A stretch of 64,000 bases of DNA from Verrucomicrobiia bacterium (GTDB lineage: Bacteria; Verrucomicrobiota; Verrucomicrobiia; Limisphaerales; UBA1319). The notes under the pieces were generated by a model, which worked only from the letters and a program-made list of their open reading frames with translations, had not been told where the DNA came from and ran no database searches. The position numbers were made by a program, and so were the translations under genes. The number at the start of each line of letters is the position of its first letter. Position 1 is the first letter of the stretch. Positions 60,760 through 64,000 of this stretch are shown here, piece by piece. The stretch lies in NCBI GenBank assembly GCA_963664225.1, contig OY760937.1, positions 4,384,001 to 4,448,000 on the forward strand. Reading direction: 5' to 3'.

Positions 60760-60865
60760 AATAAAACAGAGGTAAATGAGGCCGCCACACTGAATTATTC
60801 CCGCTCGGGAATATATGGCTTGATTTGCCCGCGAATGCGAGTAATGTTACCGCACGGTAACATTA
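60746..60865 (+). promoter_or_regulatory. Three palindromic putative HipB operators and candidate hipBA promoter
   Basis: TATTCCCG-TT-CGGGAATA (60746-60763), TATTCCCG-CT-CGGGAATA (60796-60813), TAATGTTACCG-CA-CGGTAACATTA (60842-60865); TTGATT-N16-TAATGT at 60820-60847. Confidence 0.75.
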
Positions 60866-60876
60866 GGGCATTTGCC

Positions 60877-61107
60877 ATGAAACAGACTTCTCAAAGTATA
60901 GGCGCGTTGGTCAGAATGACCCGCAAAAGCATGGGTGTGACCCAAAAGGATCTGGCCATGACATCCGGCACAGGTTTGCGATTCATCATTGAAATGGAGA
61001 AAGGGAAGCCGACCTGTCAGTTTGGCAAGGTGCTCACGGTGCTGCATACCCTGGGAATCAAAACCGAATTCATCGCGCCTGTTGGGAACGGGAGGAAAGG
61101 AGGTTAA
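60877..61107 (+). CDS. hipB: HipB-like XRE HTH antitoxin
   Basis: RKSMGVTQKDLAMTSGTGLRFIIEMEKGKPT; immediately upstream of hipA. Confidence 0.9.
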   Translation: MKQTSQSIGALVRMTRKSMGVTQKDLAMTSGTGLRFIIEMEKGKPTCQFGKVLTVLHTLGIKTEFIAPVGNGRKGG

Positions 61108-61110
61108 TCC

Positions 61111-62355
61111 ATGGTCAGGACACTCGATGTTTATTTGCACCGGGACCTGGTCGGCCGACTCATTCAGGACGAGCATGGCCAGATGTCCTTCCAATATGCT
61201 GAAAGCTGGTTGAACAGTGCCGGAGCGGTTCCACTCTCCCATTCCCTGTTGCTCAGGAAAGAAGAATTCAACCGAAACGAGTGCCGGGGTTTTTTCGCGG
61301 GAATTTTGCCGGATGAAGGCAAACGCGAAATAATCGCAAAGAATCTCGGGATCAGCGCCAGAAACGATTTTGCCATGCTGGAGCAAATTGGGGGTGAATG
61401 CGCCGGAGCGGTGACGTTTATACCAGCGGGTGAAAAACTGCCCGAACGCAATTACCGTTACCGGCAATTGGCCGGAAAGGAACTGGCCGAAATTCTAAGG
61501 ATGTTGCCGCGCCGTCCGCTGATGGCGGGAGAGGATGGCATCCGGCTTTCATTGGCGGGCGCCCAGGATAAAATTGCCGTGCGCGTTCACAACAATGAAA
61601 TCTCGATGCCACTTGGTGGAGCCCCCAGCACGCATATTCTAAAACCGGCGATTGAGCACTTTGAAGGGATCGTGTTCAACGAAGCGTTTTGCATGAAACT
61701 GGCACGCGCGATTGGCCTGCAAACCGCAAAAACGGAGATTGGCAGGGTGGAGACCATCGATTACCTGCTTGTGGAGCGTTATGACCGCGTGGTGTCGAAG
61801 GATTCTGCGAGCGGCGCGGAATACCTGGAGCGGGAGCATCAGGAGGATTTTTGTCAGGCTCTTGGAATCATTCCTGACAACAAATATCAAAACGAAGGCG
61901 GTCCATCGATCCAGCAGTGCTTTGGCCTCTTGCGCGAATTATCCACCACCCCGGTGATCGATCTCCAACGCCTGCTGGATGCCGTCATATTCAATTTTCT
62001 TATTGGAAACCACGATGCCCACGGAAAGAATTTTTCATTGCTTTACGGTGGCACAACACGGCTTGCACCGCTCTATGATGTTCTGAGCACCGCCTATTAT
62101 CCGGATCTGACCAGGAAAATGGCGATGAAGATTGGCGGTGAATATGCCTCCGACAAGGTGTTGCCAAAGCATTTTGACCAGTTCGCCGATGAAGCGGGAC
62201 TCGCCAAGCCAATGGTAAAACGGCGTGTGCGGGAACTGGCGGAAAGCGTCGTGGCAAAAGCGCCTGCATTGATCACGGAGCAGCCAACGACACGGGCCGT
62301 CGCCCAACTCATTCAAGGCCGCTGCGCAAAAACATTGGAGAAATTTAAAGATTAG
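61111..62355 (+). CDS. hipA: HipA family kinase toxin
   Basis: N-terminal LSHSL..FFAGILPD; SLAGAQDK, HILKP, HQEDFCQALG, GNHDAHGKNFS, LAPLYD; GGAGG RBS. Confidence 0.96.
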   Translation: MVRTLDVYLHRDLVGRLIQDEHGQMSFQYAESWLNSAGAVPLSHSLLLRKEEFNRNECRGFFAGILPDEGKREIIAKNLGISARNDFAMLEQIGGECAGAVTFIPAGEKLPERNYRYRQLAGKELAEILRMLPRRPLMAGEDGIRLSLAGAQDKIAVRVHNNEISMPLGGAPSTHILKPAIEHFEGIVFNEAFCMKLARAIGLQTAKTEIGRVETIDYLLVERYDRVVSKDSASGAEYLEREHQEDFCQALGIIPDNKYQNEGGPSIQQCFGLLRELSTTPVIDLQRLLDAVIFNFLIGNHDAHGKNFSLLYGGTTRLAPLYDVLSTAYYPDLTRKMAMKIGGEYASDKVLPKHFDQFADEAGLAKPMVKRRVRELAESVVAKAPALITEQPTTRAVAQLIQGRCAKTLEKFKD

Positions 62356-62447
62356 GCGCATGCGTCGGCCCATGGGCAGATGTTTCGGGAGGTGGATTTT
62401 TGCGTTTTTGGGATTCGATGGTAGTTTTGAGTGTTGTTTTTTAAGTT

Positions 62448-62951
62448 ATGAAAATTGCAAAATATATCACAAGTGTTCTCGGGATTTGCGCCCTCTGCGG
62501 CGCGGGCGTCGTGGCCAATGCGGCCGATGAAATGACGGAAACCAAGCCGGATGCAAAAGTGGATGCAAAAGCGGAAGCCACGCCGTATCCGTTGAGCAAG
62601 TGCGTCGTTTCCGGGCAGGCCTTCGGCAAGATGGGCAAGCCGGTGACGGAGGTTTACAAAGGGCGCGAAATCAAATTCTGTTGCAAGGATTGCAAGGCGT
62701 CGTTCGATAAGTCGCCGGATGGTTTTATCGAGAAGATTGACGCCGCCGCCAAGGAAGCTGCAGCCAAGAATCCCTATACATTGACGACTTGCCTGGTATC
62801 CGACGAGAAGCTCGGCGGGAGCATGGGCACGCCCTACACGTTTGTGTATGCGGATAAAGAGGTCAAACTCTGCTGCAAGTCCTGCCTGAAAGACTTCACC
62901 AAGGAACCGGCCAAGTATATGAAGAAAATGGCCCAGGCCTCGGCAAAGTAA
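62448..62951 (+). CDS. Exported protein with two YHS/TRASH-like Cys-rich repeats (putative metal binding)
   Basis: Signal peptide; YPLSKCVVSG..MG.P..FCCKDC and YTLTTCLVSD..MG.P..LCCKSC. Confidence 0.82.
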   Translation: MKIAKYITSVLGICALCGAGVVANAADEMTETKPDAKVDAKAEATPYPLSKCVVSGQAFGKMGKPVTEVYKGREIKFCCKDCKASFDKSPDGFIEKIDAAAKEAAAKNPYTLTTCLVSDEKLGGSMGTPYTFVYADKEVKLCCKSCLKDFTKEPAKYMKKMAQASAK

Positions 62952-62981
62952 GCCGCAGGCTGCGTGCAGGTTTTCCTCCCG

Positions 62982-63998
62982 TTAAAGCAGTCTGGATATT
63001 TGGGGAGTGGTGGCGGCGCCCGTGGTGCCCAGTTGGTGAATGACCACGGACGCGGCGGCACTCGCGATTTCCAGGGTTTCGGTTAATGACGCCCCGGAGG
63101 CGAGCGCCAGGGTCAGGTTGGCCGTCACCGCATCTCCCGCACCGACGATATCAATGGGTCCCCGCAAGGGCAGGGCGTGGACATGAGCGGTCTCTCCCGA
63201 AGCGGATGCCCCGACGATTCCATTCTCCGCCAGCGTGATGAACACGGTGTGATTCTGGCGTTTGGCCAGTTGCGCCGCTTTTTCCTGGACTTCTTGCAGA
63301 TTGAACCGGTTTTCCACATTTAAAAGCCGGGCGAGTTCCGCCGCATTCATTTTGAAAATGAAAGGTGGAAAATCGCGCAACCCGCGCCGGCTGTCGGCCA
63401 TTACAATCACTTCATTGTTTCGGGAACGGGTCTGCGTGAGTTCGTGGATCTGAGCGAGCACTTTCCTGGTTAAAACACCTGTTTGCGCGGCATCGACCTG
63501 TTCCAGCAGGATGATGGCATCGATTTGTTTCTCGTTTATCAGGGAGCGGATGGATTCGCAGAGTTGGTTTTCGAGGGAAGGGGGCGTCGGGGTCCAATTC
63601 TTGAAATCGAGTCGGCTTAATTCCACCGGCGGCTTGTCTGGGGAGCATTCGATGGGTTTGGTATAGGTGAACGTCTGGCGCAGAGGAGTGGAAATGAAAT
63701 GCTCCATGCGAACGCCGGGCCGATTTTGCAGGGCGCGTTGGAGCTCCCAACCTTCGCCATCCTCACCGGCGATGCCCACCACGTTGATTTCACCCGCACC
63801 CAGCGCGCAGAGGTTGTTGACGATGGTGCCCGCGCCACCGGGTTGGGGACGCACCCGCAGCACGTTGTGAACGGCCAGGCCGGTTTCGATGGAGATTTCG
63901 GTTTTCGCGGGATCGATCTCCAAATATCGGTCGAGGCAGAAGTCCCCGATCACCGCCAAGCGCAGACTGGCATAATGATCGCTGATGGATTTAAAACG
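62982..63998 (-). CDS. PfkB family kinase (HldE/RfaE domain I-like), 5'-truncated by the window edge
   Basis: VIGDFCLDRY, PGGAG, anion-hole motif DIVGAGD; frame open to the window end. Confidence 0.88.
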   Translation of the reverse strand, partial: RFKSISDHYASLRLAVIGDFCLDRYLEIDPAKTEISIETGLAVHNVLRVRPQPGGAGTIVNNLCALGAGEINVVGIAGEDGEGWELQRALQNRPGVRMEHFISTPLRQTFTYTKPIECSPDKPPVELSRLDFKNWTPTPPSLENQLCESIRSLINEKQIDAIILLEQVDAAQTGVLTRKVLAQIHELTQTRSRNNEVIVMADSRRGLRDFPPFIFKMNAAELARLLNVENRFNLQEVQEKAAQLAKRQNHTVFITLAENGIVGASASGETAHVHALPLRGPIDIVGAGDAVTANLTLALASGASLTETLEIASAAASVVIHQLGTTGAATTPQISRLL

Positions 63999-64000
63999 GG

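Overview
A GC-rich bacterial chromosome segment, by inference from a Verrucomicrobiota (Pedosphaera/Limisphaera-like) organism: it has a PEP-CTERM protein, ThuA-like and BNR proteins, and a giant PA14/Ig surface protein. The taxonomy is not verified. Housekeeping and metabolic genes: panD, lpxD, rplM-rpsI, argC, iorAB, modABC, hypDE, moaD-moaE-moeA-moaC-mogA-moaA, a ROK kinase and a PfkB kinase. Also present are many exported carbohydrate-active proteins (two BNR/sialidase-like, GH97, SGNH, GH16, a malectin-containing hydrolase), two histidine kinases, a Zn-ribbon Ser/Thr kinase, an ABC ATPase/permease/TPR trio and an IS200-family element whose HUH motif is mutated. The most structured accessory region is 55.3-62.4 kb: a Type IIG restriction-modification gene and a hipBA toxin-antitoxin pair sit in a scaffold X1-Y1-X2-[RM + array of ~236-bp palindrome-rich units]-Y2-hipBA. 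The repeat junction falls in a palindrome that looks like the HipB operator, so the region resembles a repeat-bounded defence cassette locus. Other candidates for undescribed biology are a tandem pair of atypical thymidylate-kinase-like genes (one with a K-to-R P-loop), a DHPS homologue lacking the canonical SRK motif, and a ~68-aa module that is C-terminal in one exported protein and N-terminal in another. No tRNA, rRNA or CRISPR array was recognised. All calls come from reading motifs by eye; no database search was run.
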